64,000 nucleotides of DNA. Origin: Abditibacteriaceae bacterium (lineage in GTDB: Bacteria > Armatimonadota > Abditibacteriia > Abditibacteriales > Abditibacteriaceae). The notes beneath the pieces are model-generated. The model had not been told where the DNA came from. It saw only the letters and a list, made by a program, of their open reading frames with translations, and did not search any database. The translations under genes and the position numbers were made by a program. Of the stretch, positions 20,796-30,313 are shown in pieces. The first letter of the stretch is position 1. Each line of letters opens with the position of its first letter. The DNA lies in assembly GCA_965277285.1 (NCBI GenBank), contig OZ255721.1:3552001-3616000 (forward strand), read 5' to 3'.

Positions 20796-22499
20796 TTAAT
20801 TGCGCACGCCATATTTGCGGACATAATTGCTGATACCTTGCGCCATGCCATTAGCCACGCGCTGGCGCCAGTTCGGGTTCATCAACATCGCTTCTTCGCC
20901 CGGGTTGGTGATGAAACAGCTTTCGGTCAGGACACTTGGCATCCACGTTTTGCGAATCACGAAAAAGCGCGATTGCTCGACGCCGCGACTTTTGACGCCC
21001 GTCGCGCGCGCCAATTCGCTTTGAACTTCGCGCGCCAAAGGCAACGATTGCGCCGTGTAAAAGTGCGTCGTGGTGCCGGTCGAAGAGCGCAAGTAGGAAT
21101 CGATGTGAATGCTGAAAAAGATGTCGGCGTGGTGCGAGTTGGCGAAATCCACGCGTCCTGGCAGCGTCACGAAATAATCGCCGTCGCGCGTCATCAAAAC
21201 CGTGGCGCCGCGCGCTTCGAGATCTGCACGCAGGCGACGCGCCATGTCCAGCGTGTAATGCTTTTCCGCGCTGCGCGTGACGCCATATGAAACGCCTTTG
21301 ATGGCGCTGCTCGATTGCAAAATCGCGGAGCCGGGCGCGCCCGAATCATAACCGCCGTGTCCTGCATCAATGACAATTGTAACGCCGCGTAAGCTACCAC
21401 CCGTCGGTTGAACGCGTTCGTCATTTGGCCCGGGAATCGTGACTTCGCCAGGCGGAATTTTAGTTTGCGAGTTGGGAATCAACACCGCGAACATGGTGCG
21501 GTCAGGCAATGGCTGCACCGTAATTTGCGAAGCGATGTCGCGCTTGAGGTCGATGGCGATGCGCGTGACATCCGGAAAACTTTGCGGCATTCCAGCGCGC
21601 ACTTGCTGCACATCGTTCAAACCGGTGCTGACAACGCGTTCGCCGGTCGAGTTGACGGCATCGAAACCCATCGAGTAACCCGAGAAATCGAAGTACAACT
21701 TCGGCGGATTGTCCAACGTGCCTTTGAGAACGGCGCCCTCGGGAATCCGCGCCGAAGTTTTCACGGTAACAACGGTGTAGCCTTGCGCCGGAAAAACTTC
21801 GACGCTTTGAATGGTCGGCGTGATGTCGAGCGTGCCGTCCGGCTCCAAGCGCACCGCCGCGCCCAAAAGTGGCGCAATCGAAAAAACTGGCAGATAAATC
21901 TTGTTACCGATGACCAGAGGAGCAGCGCGCAATTGCTGTTCTTGCCCCGCTACGTAAGCGGTCGCTTGGCCGACCGTGAGGATAATCGGCGGTCGCGGCG
22001 CGAGATTCAATTGAAACGATTGCGTTTCAGTCGGCGTGTTCAGATTTCCCTGATAATTTTTTTCCGCCACGCGCGAAGCGGTCGCGCCCAATTTAGAAAG
22101 CAACGACGAATCATCGCCGACGATGGGCGCCAGAATATCCAAATTGCCGACACGCAACGGCGCATCGTTGATCAAAATACCGGCGACTTTGATGCGCCTG
22201 ACTTGCGACAGATCAATCGGCAAAGCGCCCAATGTTTGCCCGGTCGAACCCATATCGGACGAATTACCAGGATCATTACTCAAAGTGCGATTATCGGCGG
22301 AAGACTTTGTGTAGGTCTTCAAGCGCGCCTTGATAGCATCTTGCACGGTGATGCTTTCTGTACTCGCTTGTGGTTTGTTAGTGTGCGCTTTTGCGGCGTT
22401 GCCCAGAAAGGAAAAGGTGGCGCATACGCCCAACATCAACGTTCGGGGAGACAGAGAAGACAGACGACGAGAACGACGGTGAGAAAGAGAATGCTTCAT
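20796..22499 (-). CDS. N-acetylmuramoyl-L-alanine amidase (Amidase_3, AMIN-like N-terminal region)
   Basis: IVIDAGHGG, EK, MTRDGD, SIHID and PSVLTE motifs; signal peptide. Confidence 0.9.
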   Translation of the reverse strand: MKHSLSHRRSRRLSSLSPRTLMLGVCATFSFLGNAAKAHTNKPQASTESITVQDAIKARLKTYTKSSADNRTLSNDPGNSSDMGSTGQTLGALPIDLSQVRRIKVAGILINDAPLRVGNLDILAPIVGDDSSLLSKLGATASRVAEKNYQGNLNTPTETQSFQLNLAPRPPIILTVGQATAYVAGQEQQLRAAPLVIGNKIYLPVFSIAPLLGAAVRLEPDGTLDITPTIQSVEVFPAQGYTVVTVKTSARIPEGAVLKGTLDNPPKLYFDFSGYSMGFDAVNSTGERVVSTGLNDVQQVRAGMPQSFPDVTRIAIDLKRDIASQITVQPLPDRTMFAVLIPNSQTKIPPGEVTIPGPNDERVQPTGGSLRGVTIVIDAGHGGYDSGAPGSAILQSSSAIKGVSYGVTRSAEKHYTLDMARRLRADLEARGATVLMTRDGDYFVTLPGRVDFANSHHADIFFSIHIDSYLRSSTGTTTHFYTAQSLPLAREVQSELARATGVKSRGVEQSRFFVIRKTWMPSVLTESCFITNPGEEAMLMNPNWRQRVANGMAQGISNYVRKYGVRN

Positions 22500-22682
22500 G
22501 ACAATGACAACTTGAAGAACGATGAACTACAGATTTTATATCTTGTGACAAACAACACGTCTTGGGACGAGCGAGCAGACGACAGCACGGCGCGGAGGTT
22601 TACAAAGGCGAGAAATCAGCAATCGAGTACTCGATAGTAATAAATGCGTCATTCTAAATGGAGAAAATCCACGAAACGCCTT

Positions 22683-22772
22683 GAAAGTAAGACTTTGTCA
22701 TTCGGAGCGCAGCGAAGAATCTAATTGCAGCCAGATTCTTCGCTGCGCTCCGAATGACAAAGTCTTACTTTC
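22683..22772. repeat. GTCATTC(T/G)GAG hairpin repeat, long perfect stem
   Basis: GAAAGTAAGACTTTGTCATTCGGAGCGCAGCGAAGAATCT and its exact reverse complement. Confidence 0.85.
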
Positions 22773-22851
22773 GACGTTTTACTAATTCTCAAAATGACGG
22801 ACTGCGAGTTCCCTGGTTATTTGCAACTTCCCAAAATGGCTTTGCAGACTT

Positions 22852-23655
22852 TCAAACTTGCGCGGCATTGACAATCGCCGCAAAGGAATCGGCTTTAAGG
22901 CTGGCGCCGCCGACGAGCGCGCCGTCGATGTGCGGGCGCGACAGCAAATCTTTGGCGTTGTCTGGCTTGACGCTGCCGCCGTATTGAACGCGCACGACAT
23001 CCGCCGCATCGCTGCCCAGAACGTTTCCAACTGCCGCGCGCACCACGCCACAAACGCGGTCGGCTTCTTCAGCAGCGCAGGTTTCGCCAGTGCCGATTGC
23101 CCACACGGGTTCATATGCCAAAACCAACGTCGCGGCCTGCGCGCTTTCGATGCCTTTTAACGCGGCTTCGACTTGAGAAGTCACGACATGATCGGTACTT
23201 CCGCTTTGGCGTTCGCTGAGGGTTTCGCCGACGCAAACGATTGGAACTAATCCGCCCGCCAGAACAGCGTGCAGTTTCTTGTTGACTGATTCGTCGGTGT
23301 CGCCGAAAACGCGACCAGCTTCGCCTTCCAAATCGGGTTCGGGAACGCCAAAGCGTCCGCGTCGCTCGCTGTGACCCAACACGACATAAGTCGCGCCCGC
23401 GTCTTTGGCCAGAGAAGTCGAAACCTCGCCGGTATAAGCGCCGCTTTCCTTCCAGTAAACGTCCTGCGCCGCGACTTTAATTCGAGTACTCGTTGCCGCT
23501 TGAAACGTCGCGTTGAGCGCGGTAAAAACCGGACACAGCACAATGTCCACATTTTGCGCTTCGGCGACGAGCGGCGTCAATTCGCGCACAAAAGTTTGCG
23601 CGTCTTCAATGGTTTTGTTGAGTTTCCAGTTTCCGGCGATGATTGGTGTTCGCAT
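22852..23655 (-). CDS. tpiA: Triosephosphate isomerase
   Basis: AGNWK, GAYTGE, GHSERR, AYEPVWAIGTG, YGGSV and GALVGGASL motifs. Confidence 0.97.
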   Translation of the reverse strand: MRTPIIAGNWKLNKTIEDAQTFVRELTPLVAEAQNVDIVLCPVFTALNATFQAATSTRIKVAAQDVYWKESGAYTGEVSTSLAKDAGATYVVLGHSERRGRFGVPEPDLEGEAGRVFGDTDESVNKKLHAVLAGGLVPIVCVGETLSERQSGSTDHVVTSQVEAALKGIESAQAATLVLAYEPVWAIGTGETCAAEEADRVCGVVRAAVGNVLGSDAADVVRVQYGGSVKPDNAKDLLSRPHIDGALVGGASLKADSFAAIVNAAQV

Positions 23656-23786
23656 ATTCCAAGTACTTTACAAAAGAACGCGACGCGGGGCAAAAACGCA
23701 GGACGTAAAAAACAAAGGTCGCAGCCGAAGCCGCGACCTTTTTACTTTCCGAGTACTCATCGAGTCCTCGATTTCCCATCCAATTC

Positions 23787-24500
23787 TTAGCGACGGCTGC
23801 CGCTCAAAATGCGGAGCAACGCCATAAAAATATTGAGGAAGTCAAGAAACAGCGCGAGAGCTGCCGAACAGTAACCGCGCTCGTCGTAGCGATTGATAAT
23901 GCGCGACGTGTCATACAAAACGTAGCCGCTGAAAATCAAGACCGTGACCCAAGACATCAAGTAGCTTGCCGCACCGCTCTTAAAAAAGAACGCGTTCGCC
24001 AGGCCGCCCAAAATCAGCGAGATCAGACCGATGAACAGCATTCCGCCCAGATATGAGAAATCTTTGCGCGAAATAAACGCGTAAGCCGTCAGCGAACCGA
24101 AAATGACGACCGTCAAAAAACCGGCCTGACCGACAACCTCAGGCGCGAAAGTGGCAATGACCGGCGCGAAAACCAGACCCATCAAGCCAGTAAAAGCAAA
24201 CAGCGCGACATAGTTCAAGCCTTCAACGCGCGACACCGCTTGCGCGCCAATCGATGCGCCGATTATCAGCAGGAACAAGATGAGAGCCGAGTGGTTGAGC
24301 AGCCCAACAACGGCGTTGTTGATGGCGGGAATATGCAGACAGGCGGCTCCAGCGGCAACTGCCGTCAAGATGCCCATCAAAAACAGCACGTAGGTTTTGC
24401 GGATAAAGTTGAGCCGCGTTTCAGCAGACGTTTGCGCCACCATCGGCATTTGGGTGGTGCTGCTGAACGGACTATTTTGCGAATTGAAACCACTGTTCAT
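23787..24500 (-). CDS. Bax inhibitor-1/YccA family membrane protein
   Basis: FIRKTY, about 7 TM helices, YVLYDT and AALALFLDFLNIF. Confidence 0.9.
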   Translation of the reverse strand: MNSGFNSQNSPFSSTTQMPMVAQTSAETRLNFIRKTYVLFLMGILTAVAAGAACLHIPAINNAVVGLLNHSALILFLLIIGASIGAQAVSRVEGLNYVALFAFTGLMGLVFAPVIATFAPEVVGQAGFLTVVIFGSLTAYAFISRKDFSYLGGMLFIGLISLILGGLANAFFFKSGAASYLMSWVTVLIFSGYVLYDTSRIINRYDERGYCSAALALFLDFLNIFMALLRILSGSRR

Positions 24501-24594
24501 TTGAAATCTCCTTCGAGTACTCGATAATCGAGCCTCGCTTGATTAAACGTTCTGCGGCACGTTTCGTTGCACCAGTTTACAGAGTTTTCGGACT

Positions 24595-25803
24595 TTATTT
24601 GCTGTCCAACGCCGCCACGCCAGGCAACTCCAAACCTTCCAAGAACTCGAGACTGGCGCCGCCGCCGGTCGAAATATGCGTCATTTTGTCGGATAAGCCG
24701 AATTTTTTGGCGGCTGCTGCGCTATCGCCGCCGCCGATGACGGTTGTGGCGCCATTGGCTGTCGCGCGCGCCATAGCTTCGGCGACTTCTTCGGTGCCGT
24801 TTTCAAAAGGTGTCAATTCAAAGCGTCCCATCGGGCCGTTCCACAAGATGGTTTTGGCGTTTTCGATGACTTTCGAGTACTCTCTAATCGTTTCTGGCCC
24901 GATGTCCATGCCCATTTTGTCGGCGGGGATTTTGTCGAAGGCAACGACTTCAGTTTGCGCGTCTTCAGCGTCACGGTCGGCAATCAAAACGTCTTTGGGC
25001 AAGCGGAAATCTTTGCCGTTATCTTTGGCCAGTTTCAAAAGTTCACCGGCGATTGGCGCGTCTTCGGCCTTGAAATAACTGGTGCCGACTTCCAAACCTT
25101 GCGCTTTGACAAACGCATAACTCATCGCGCCGCCGACCAAAAGCGTATCGACTTTTTCCAGCAAATTGCGAATCACGCCGATTTTGTCGCTGACCTTGAC
25201 GCCGCCCAAAATCGCCACGAACGGTCGCTGCGGGTTTTCGATGACGCCGCCCAGGAAATCCAACTCGCGCGCCATCAAAAGACCGGCCACGCAAGCGCCG
25301 CCGCGTTCACGGATGATCTTCGCCACGCCTTGCGTCGAAGCGTGCGCGCGATGCGCTGCGCCAAATGCGTCGTTGACATAAACATCGCCGTGCTTGGCGA
25401 GTTCAGCGGCGAACGCCGGATCGTTCTTTTCTTCTTCGGCGTGAAAGCGCAAGTTTTCCAGCAGCAAAACTTCGCCTTCGCCCAGTTTGGAAACGGCTTC
25501 TTCGGCTCCGGCGCCAATGCAATCGCTGGCGGTGGCGACAGGTTGGCCCAGCAATTCGTGCAGGCGACGCGCGGCGGGCGCCAGTCGCATACTTTCGACG
25601 ACTTTGCCTTTGGGACGCCCCAAATGCGCCATCAAAACGACGCGCGCGCCGTTATCTAACAAATAGCGCAAGGTCGGCAAAGTTTCGCGGATGCGCGCGT
25701 CGTCGGTGATTTGCAAATTGTCGTCGAGCGGCACGTTGTAATCGACGCGCACCAGAACGCGCTTGCCTTTGACATCAATGTCGTGAATAGTTTTCTTGTT
25801 CAT
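24595..25803 (-). CDS. pgk: Phosphoglycerate kinase
   Basis: RVDYNVP, HLGRP, NDAFGAAHRAH, WNGPMG, GGGDS and STGGGASLE motifs. Confidence 0.98.
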   Translation of the reverse strand: MNKKTIHDIDVKGKRVLVRVDYNVPLDDNLQITDDARIRETLPTLRYLLDNGARVVLMAHLGRPKGKVVESMRLAPAARRLHELLGQPVATASDCIGAGAEEAVSKLGEGEVLLLENLRFHAEEEKNDPAFAAELAKHGDVYVNDAFGAAHRAHASTQGVAKIIRERGGACVAGLLMARELDFLGGVIENPQRPFVAILGGVKVSDKIGVIRNLLEKVDTLLVGGAMSYAFVKAQGLEVGTSYFKAEDAPIAGELLKLAKDNGKDFRLPKDVLIADRDAEDAQTEVVAFDKIPADKMGMDIGPETIREYSKVIENAKTILWNGPMGRFELTPFENGTEEVAEAMARATANGATTVIGGGDSAAAAKKFGLSDKMTHISTGGGASLEFLEGLELPGVAALDSK

Positions 25804-25961
25804 GGGATTTCTCCTTCCTCAATCGCATGGAGCTTAACACGAAAGCAACACAGGCGAAAACGTCATGCGCTCAAGTATCACTCGCCAAAACGCCGCTTCG
25901 AGCAATCGAGTACTCGAAACGGCGTTTTGGTGTTCAGCCTTCATTGGTGCGACAACGGAAT

Positions 25962-26249
25962 TTAGCGACCGGGATCGCCATACGGGTCTTGGTTGGAAGA
26001 CAGCACGTTACCGAACTGTCCGCCGCCCTGCGCCCCCGGATCTCCGTATTGATCCTGATTGGACGACAGCACGTTGCCGAACTGTCCGCCGTCGAACTGC
26101 TGGCCGGTTTGCTGGGCGTGCTGCCCGAACAGACCGCTCAACTGCCCCAGCAAACCGCCAGCGTCATAGGACGGGCCGGGCGTGTTGGGCGAAGCGTGAT
26201 TCAAAATCGTGTTGGCCACTTGACCGAAAAGCATACTCAGTGGGTTCAT
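25962..26249 (-). CDS. Small Gly/Gln-rich protein with a duplicated GGQFGNVLSSNQDxYGDPG unit
   Basis: AGGAG upstream; internal tandem peptide repeat. Confidence 0.65.
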   Translation of the reverse strand: MNPLSMLFGQVANTILNHASPNTPGPSYDAGGLLGQLSGLFGQHAQQTGQQFDGGQFGNVLSSNQDQYGDPGAQGGGQFGNVLSSNQDPYGDPGR

Positions 26250-26348
26250 GGGAAATCTCCTTGGCGTCGAATCTTTCTTTCCTTAACGTTGTTCGGATGG
26301 AATTGTCATGGAACGGTTTCAAACGCCTGTTGGGTTACGTCATTTGTC

Positions 26349-26894
26349 TTACATCGTCGGTGCTGGCTGGCTGCCTGCCGGACCCTGATATTGACCTTGA
26401 GGGTTGTAACCGTAGCCGCCGAACTGCTGACCCGTCGCCTGATTATTGTAACCCGCATAACCGCTATACTGTTGCGCTTCTTCGGCGGGAACCGAAATCG
26501 GCTGCGACGGCGGCGTCACGTAAATTGCCTGATGCGTTTTTGGATCGCGGTAATAGATACGACCGTTCGCTTCCGACTTGTAGTACTGAACGCCGCTCGG
26601 TGCTTTGTTCTTCTCATACTTGCGATAAACATAGTACAAGGCGGCAGCTCCAGCCAGCAACACAACTTTCTGCTTGGTCGACATGCCTTGCTTGGGCGCA
26701 TTGGGAGCGCCAATGGCGGGCGGCGGCGCTGCGGTGGTTTCGGCAGGCGGCGGCGGTGCGGATTGTGAAGACTGTTGCGCGTTGTTGCCGCCACCGCCGC
26801 AACCGGCGAGCAGCGTCGGGACAAGAATGGCGCTGGTCGTCAGCAATGCGATGGGACGGGTGAAACCTGCGCGTGGCGTGTGCTTGGTTTTCAT
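26349..26894 (-). CDS. Putative lipoprotein
   Basis: Lipobox LLAGC after ATG 26894; Pro-rich linker, then hydrophobic VVLLAGAAALYYVY and YYRDP. Confidence 0.7.
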   Translation of the reverse strand: MKTKHTPRAGFTRPIALLTTSAILVPTLLAGCGGGGNNAQQSSQSAPPPPAETTAAPPPAIGAPNAPKQGMSTKQKVVLLAGAAALYYVYRKYEKNKAPSGVQYYKSEANGRIYYRDPKTHQAIYVTPPSQPISVPAEEAQQYSGYAGYNNQATGQQFGGYGYNPQGQYQGPAGSQPAPTM

Positions 26895-27036
26895 CTTTCC
26901 TCTCCTTGGAAATTGGTGCGTCGGGATGAGACTGCGATGCGGCTTTGGTGCAACTTTTAGAGCGACCGCTCCATCGGCAAAAACGATGCCATATCTGTAC
27001 GCTGCTGAACACCAAGTGCAATCTCCTTTCTTCTCC

Positions 27037-27065
27037 TTGTCGCAGTGAGCGCCGCGTTTTATAAT
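27037..27065 (+). promoter_or_regulatory. Sigma70-type promoter for the cimA leader
   Basis: TTGTCG-17 bp-TATAAT. Confidence 0.65.
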
Positions 27066-27073
27066 GAAAGACA

Positions 27074-27212
27074 ATGTTTCCCTTGTTTCTCATTACGACG
27101 CGAATTACCTGGTCGGCGGCGATTTCTGCCCGATTGCGTTGATTCGCGTTCCTTTCTCTTCGCTTCGCGCCCGCCGCCGACTCCCTTTCGAGTACTCGAT
27201 GGCGGGTTTTTT
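27074..27212 (+). promoter_or_regulatory. Ile/Thr leader-peptide attenuator upstream of cimA
   Basis: Leader 27074-27142 reads MFPLFLITTRITWSAAISARLR*. Antiterminator GTCGGCGGCG (27112-27121) pairs with CGCCGCCGAC (27172-27181). Terminator CCCGCC...GGCGGG-TTTTTT. Confidence 0.7.
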
Positions 27213-27229
27213 GTTGCTTAATAAATTGA

Positions 27230-27412
27230 TTCACCGTAGAGAAATTAGAGTGGACGAAGGTACTTGCAGTTTGTCATTCTGAGCACAGTGAAGAATTTCT
27301 ATGCGAGGTCAGATTTTTCACTGCGCTCAGAACTGCGCTCAGAATGACAAACGCATGGTTTCGAGTACTCAACTCTTCTTTTCTCTGCGACCTCAGCTTT
27401 CTCTGCGGTGAA
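27230..27412. repeat. Composite repeat: outer TTCACCG.AGAG/CTCTGCGGTGAA inverted repeat, inner GTCATTCTGAG hairpin (27269-27352)
   Basis: Same layered architecture as 10405-10594; inner copy carries a 12-bp tandem duplication CTGCGCTCAGAA. Confidence 0.7.
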
Positions 27413-27422
27413 AACGAAAATT

Positions 27423-29027
27423 ATGTTCACTCCTCAAGTTCAAATCTACGACACGACATTGCGCGATGGCGCGCAGGCCGAAGGCATCTCGTTTTCGGTC
27501 GCCGATAAGTTGAAAATCGCGCGCCGCTTAGACGAGTTCGGCGTCGCTTTTATCGAAGGCGGCTGGCCGGGAAGCAATCCCAAAGACGAAGAATTCTTCG
27601 CGCTCTGTCAGAAAGAAACCTGGAAAAATTCGCAGTTGTGCGCTTTCTCCATGACGCGTCGGGCGGGAATCAAAGCCGCTGATGACACCAATTTGCAAAC
27701 GATTTTAGCGGCGCAAACGCCGGTCGTAACGCTGGTGGGCAAAACCTGGGATTTTCATGTCGAGAAAGCTCTCAAAATCTCGCTCGATGAAAACCTGCGC
27801 ATGATCGAAGAAAGCGTGCGTTTCGTGAAAGAACATGGGCGCCGCGTTTTTTACGATTGCGAGCATTTTTTCGATGGCTTTCGCTCCAACCGCGAATATG
27901 CGCTGAAAACCTTGCGTGCCGCCGCCGAAGGTGGCGCGGAAATGCTGGTTTTGTGCGATACCAACGGCGGCAGTCTGCCCGCGTGGGTCGCGCAGTGCGT
28001 CAACGATGTGCAGCGCGAAATCGGTTTGCCAGTCGGCATTCACACGCACAACGATTGCGAAATGGGTGTGGCGAACGCGCTGGCCGCAGTCGAAAATGGC
28101 GCGCGTCAAGTGCAGGGAACGATCAACGGTTTCGGCGAACGTTGCGGCAATTGCAATCTGGTTTCGGTCATCGCCAACTTGCAGGTGAAGCAAAATATCG
28201 CGTGCGTGCCGCCGGAAAATGTCAAAAGTCTGACGGCCTTGTCGCATTTCGTGACCGAAGTCGCCAATCTGGTTCCCGACGACAGGCAGCCGTTTGTCGG
28301 CAAAAGCGTGTTCGCGCACAAAGGCGGAATGCACGTCGATGCGGTTCAAAAAGCTGGAGGCCGCGCTTACGAGCACATCGAGCCGGAAAGTGTCGGCAAC
28401 GAACGCCGCATTTTAGTTTCTGAATTAGCGGGAACCAGCAACGTGCGCGAAGTGGCGCAAGGTCTGGGCATCGAACTCGAAAAAGGTTCGCCCGAGGCGC
28501 GCAAAGTGCTGGCGGAAGTCAAGAAACTGGAAAGTGAAGGATACGAGTTTGAAGGCGCCGAAGCGTCGTTTCAGCTGTTGGTGCAACGCGCTCTTGGCAA
28601 ATCGCACGAATTATTCCAACTGCTGGGCGCGCGCGTCATCAACGAATTGCGGCCTGCTTATGGCGAATCGAGTACTCGAAACGAGTGGATTACCGAAGCG
28701 ACGCTGAAAATCCGCGTCAATGGCGAAGTGCGCCATGTCGCAGCCGAAGGCGATGGGCCAGTTCACGCGCTGGATAACGCCTTGCGAAAAGCTCTGGTCG
28801 CGGCTTATCCGCAAATGGATGCGATTCGATTGACCGATTTCAAAGTGCGTGTTGTCAATACGCGCGAAGGCACGGCGGCCAAGGTGCGCGTGCTCATCGA
28901 ATCGGGAACCGAACAGGAAAGTTGGAGCACAGTCGGCGTTTCCACCAACATCATCGAAGCCTCTTGGCAGGCTTTGACCGAAGCGATGCAATACGGCTTG
29001 ACCGAAGTCGTCTCGAAGGAAAATTAG
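27423..29027 (+). CDS. cimA: Citramalate synthase
   Basis: YDTTLRDGAQAEG, IEGGWPGSNPKD, EHFFDG, HTHND, GERCGN, FAHKGGMHV and GDGPVHALD; IEGGWPGSNP and EHFFDG are typical of the bacterial CimA subfamily. Confidence 0.88.
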   Translation: MFTPQVQIYDTTLRDGAQAEGISFSVADKLKIARRLDEFGVAFIEGGWPGSNPKDEEFFALCQKETWKNSQLCAFSMTRRAGIKAADDTNLQTILAAQTPVVTLVGKTWDFHVEKALKISLDENLRMIEESVRFVKEHGRRVFYDCEHFFDGFRSNREYALKTLRAAAEGGAEMLVLCDTNGGSLPAWVAQCVNDVQREIGLPVGIHTHNDCEMGVANALAAVENGARQVQGTINGFGERCGNCNLVSVIANLQVKQNIACVPPENVKSLTALSHFVTEVANLVPDDRQPFVGKSVFAHKGGMHVDAVQKAGGRAYEHIEPESVGNERRILVSELAGTSNVREVAQGLGIELEKGSPEARKVLAEVKKLESEGYEFEGAEASFQLLVQRALGKSHELFQLLGARVINELRPAYGESSTRNEWITEATLKIRVNGEVRHVAAEGDGPVHALDNALRKALVAAYPQMDAIRLTDFKVRVVNTREGTAAKVRVLIESGTEQESWSTVGVSTNIIEASWQALTEAMQYGLTEVVSKEN

Positions 29028-29119
29028 ACGCCAAGAGCGCCAAGAAGATAGCCAAGAAAACAAACGTATTTTTGATAACGCAAAGTCTCTTCTAAATCTT
29101 GGCGCTCTTGGCGGTTCAA
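29026..29119. repeat. Intergenic inverted repeat between convergent genes
   Basis: CGCCAAGAGCGCCAAGA ... TCTTGGCGCTCTTGGCG. Confidence 0.65.
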
Positions 29120-29919
29120 CTCAACCATTCTTGCAAGCGTTGCAAACTGGTAATGACTTCGGGCATCGGGTCGCGGTCGAAGGGTTCGTGTTCGATGCAA
29201 ATCGTGCCGTTCCAGCCGTCGTCTTTGAGATATTTTACGACGCCTTCGAGATCGACAATGCCGTCGCCCGCCGCGCACGTTTCGTGTCCGCCAGCGGTTT
29301 TTATATCTTTGAGATGCAGCAAAAACAAGCGATTGCGGACGGCTTTAGCGGCTTCCACGACATCCAGTCCTTGCGTGCCACACCAGCCGGTATCGAGCGC
29401 GATGCCGTTGTTCATATATTCGACGCCACCGATTTTCGCCAGCATCTCCGCGCCTGTCTTCTGAGGATGATTTTCAAACGCCCACTTGACGCCGTATTTC
29501 AAACACGCGTCGTTGACCATTTTCGCCAGATCGTTATCGGAAAAGTTCGGGCTGTAAATGCCGCCCGCGAAATAGGGCGCGCCCAATTGTTGCATGACGC
29601 GAAACGGCGCTTCCAAATCCTCCGGCGTGTTGAGGTTGATGCCGCCCGCATACGACGTGATTTGCAAACCGCGCGCGTCGCACGCCGCTTTAACTTGCGA
29701 CGCGAAACCATCGTCCGCGTGAACTTTGTAGGAACAATGTCCCGTCCAGATGTCGATGGCCGAAAAACCGGCGGATTTTACGTCATCGAGCATTGAATTG
29801 ATTTCGTTCAAGTCGGTTTGCGCGATGGTTGCCGTGTCGTTTTTGCCCCAATTTTCGTCGCCAGTGTAGCCCAGAGCGCGCGCGACATAGTTCGCCGAAA
29901 TAAAACTGATGGTATTCAT
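29116..29919 (-). CDS. Sugar phosphate isomerase/epimerase (xylose isomerase-like TIM barrel)
   Basis: FENH, LDTGW, HLKD, GDGIVD and IEHE metal-binding pattern. Confidence 0.85.
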   Translation of the reverse strand: MNTISFISANYVARALGYTGDENWGKNDTATIAQTDLNEINSMLDDVKSAGFSAIDIWTGHCSYKVHADDGFASQVKAACDARGLQITSYAGGINLNTPEDLEAPFRVMQQLGAPYFAGGIYSPNFSDNDLAKMVNDACLKYGVKWAFENHPQKTGAEMLAKIGGVEYMNNGIALDTGWCGTQGLDVVEAAKAVRNRLFLLHLKDIKTAGGHETCAAGDGIVDLEGVVKYLKDDGWNGTICIEHEPFDRDPMPEVITSLQRLQEWLS

Positions 29920-30070
29920 CGTGTCCTTTGGTTTCGAGTACTCGAAGTGGAAATGTGCGACGTGAAATGAAAAATCTTCCGCCCATTATAACGCGATGAA
30001 GAATTTACACGTACCTTGCAGCCTAACTTTTGCACAATCAAAAGTGATTGGGATGCCACCTTTGATCTCA

Positions 30071-30282
30071 GAGGTTGTATAGAAAGTACGCGAAATGCCC
30101 TAAGAACCTATGCGAAGAGGGCAACCACAAGGGTTGCCCCTACCAGCCGATTCATCGTAGGGGCAACCCTTGTGGTTGCCCAAAGGCTGCACCAATCCAC
30201 CTGTTGGTGCCAATCCGCATAGGTTCTGAAAGTGCCAGTTTGAAGACTTTCTCCGGCGTCCGCGTACTTTGTTTACAACCTC
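30071..30282. mobile_element. MITE with 22-bp TIRs and 3-bp TCA direct repeat, containing nested elements
   Basis: GAGGTTGTATAGAAAGTACGCG / CGCGTACTTTGTTTACAACCTC, flanked by TCA on both sides. Inner TIR pair GAACCTATGCG/CGCATAGGTTC (30104-30226). Innermost GTAG-type REP doublet at 30119-30181. Confidence 0.7.
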
Positions 30283-30313
30283 TCAGAGTGTGTATAGAAA
30301 GGCGGTAAACCGA

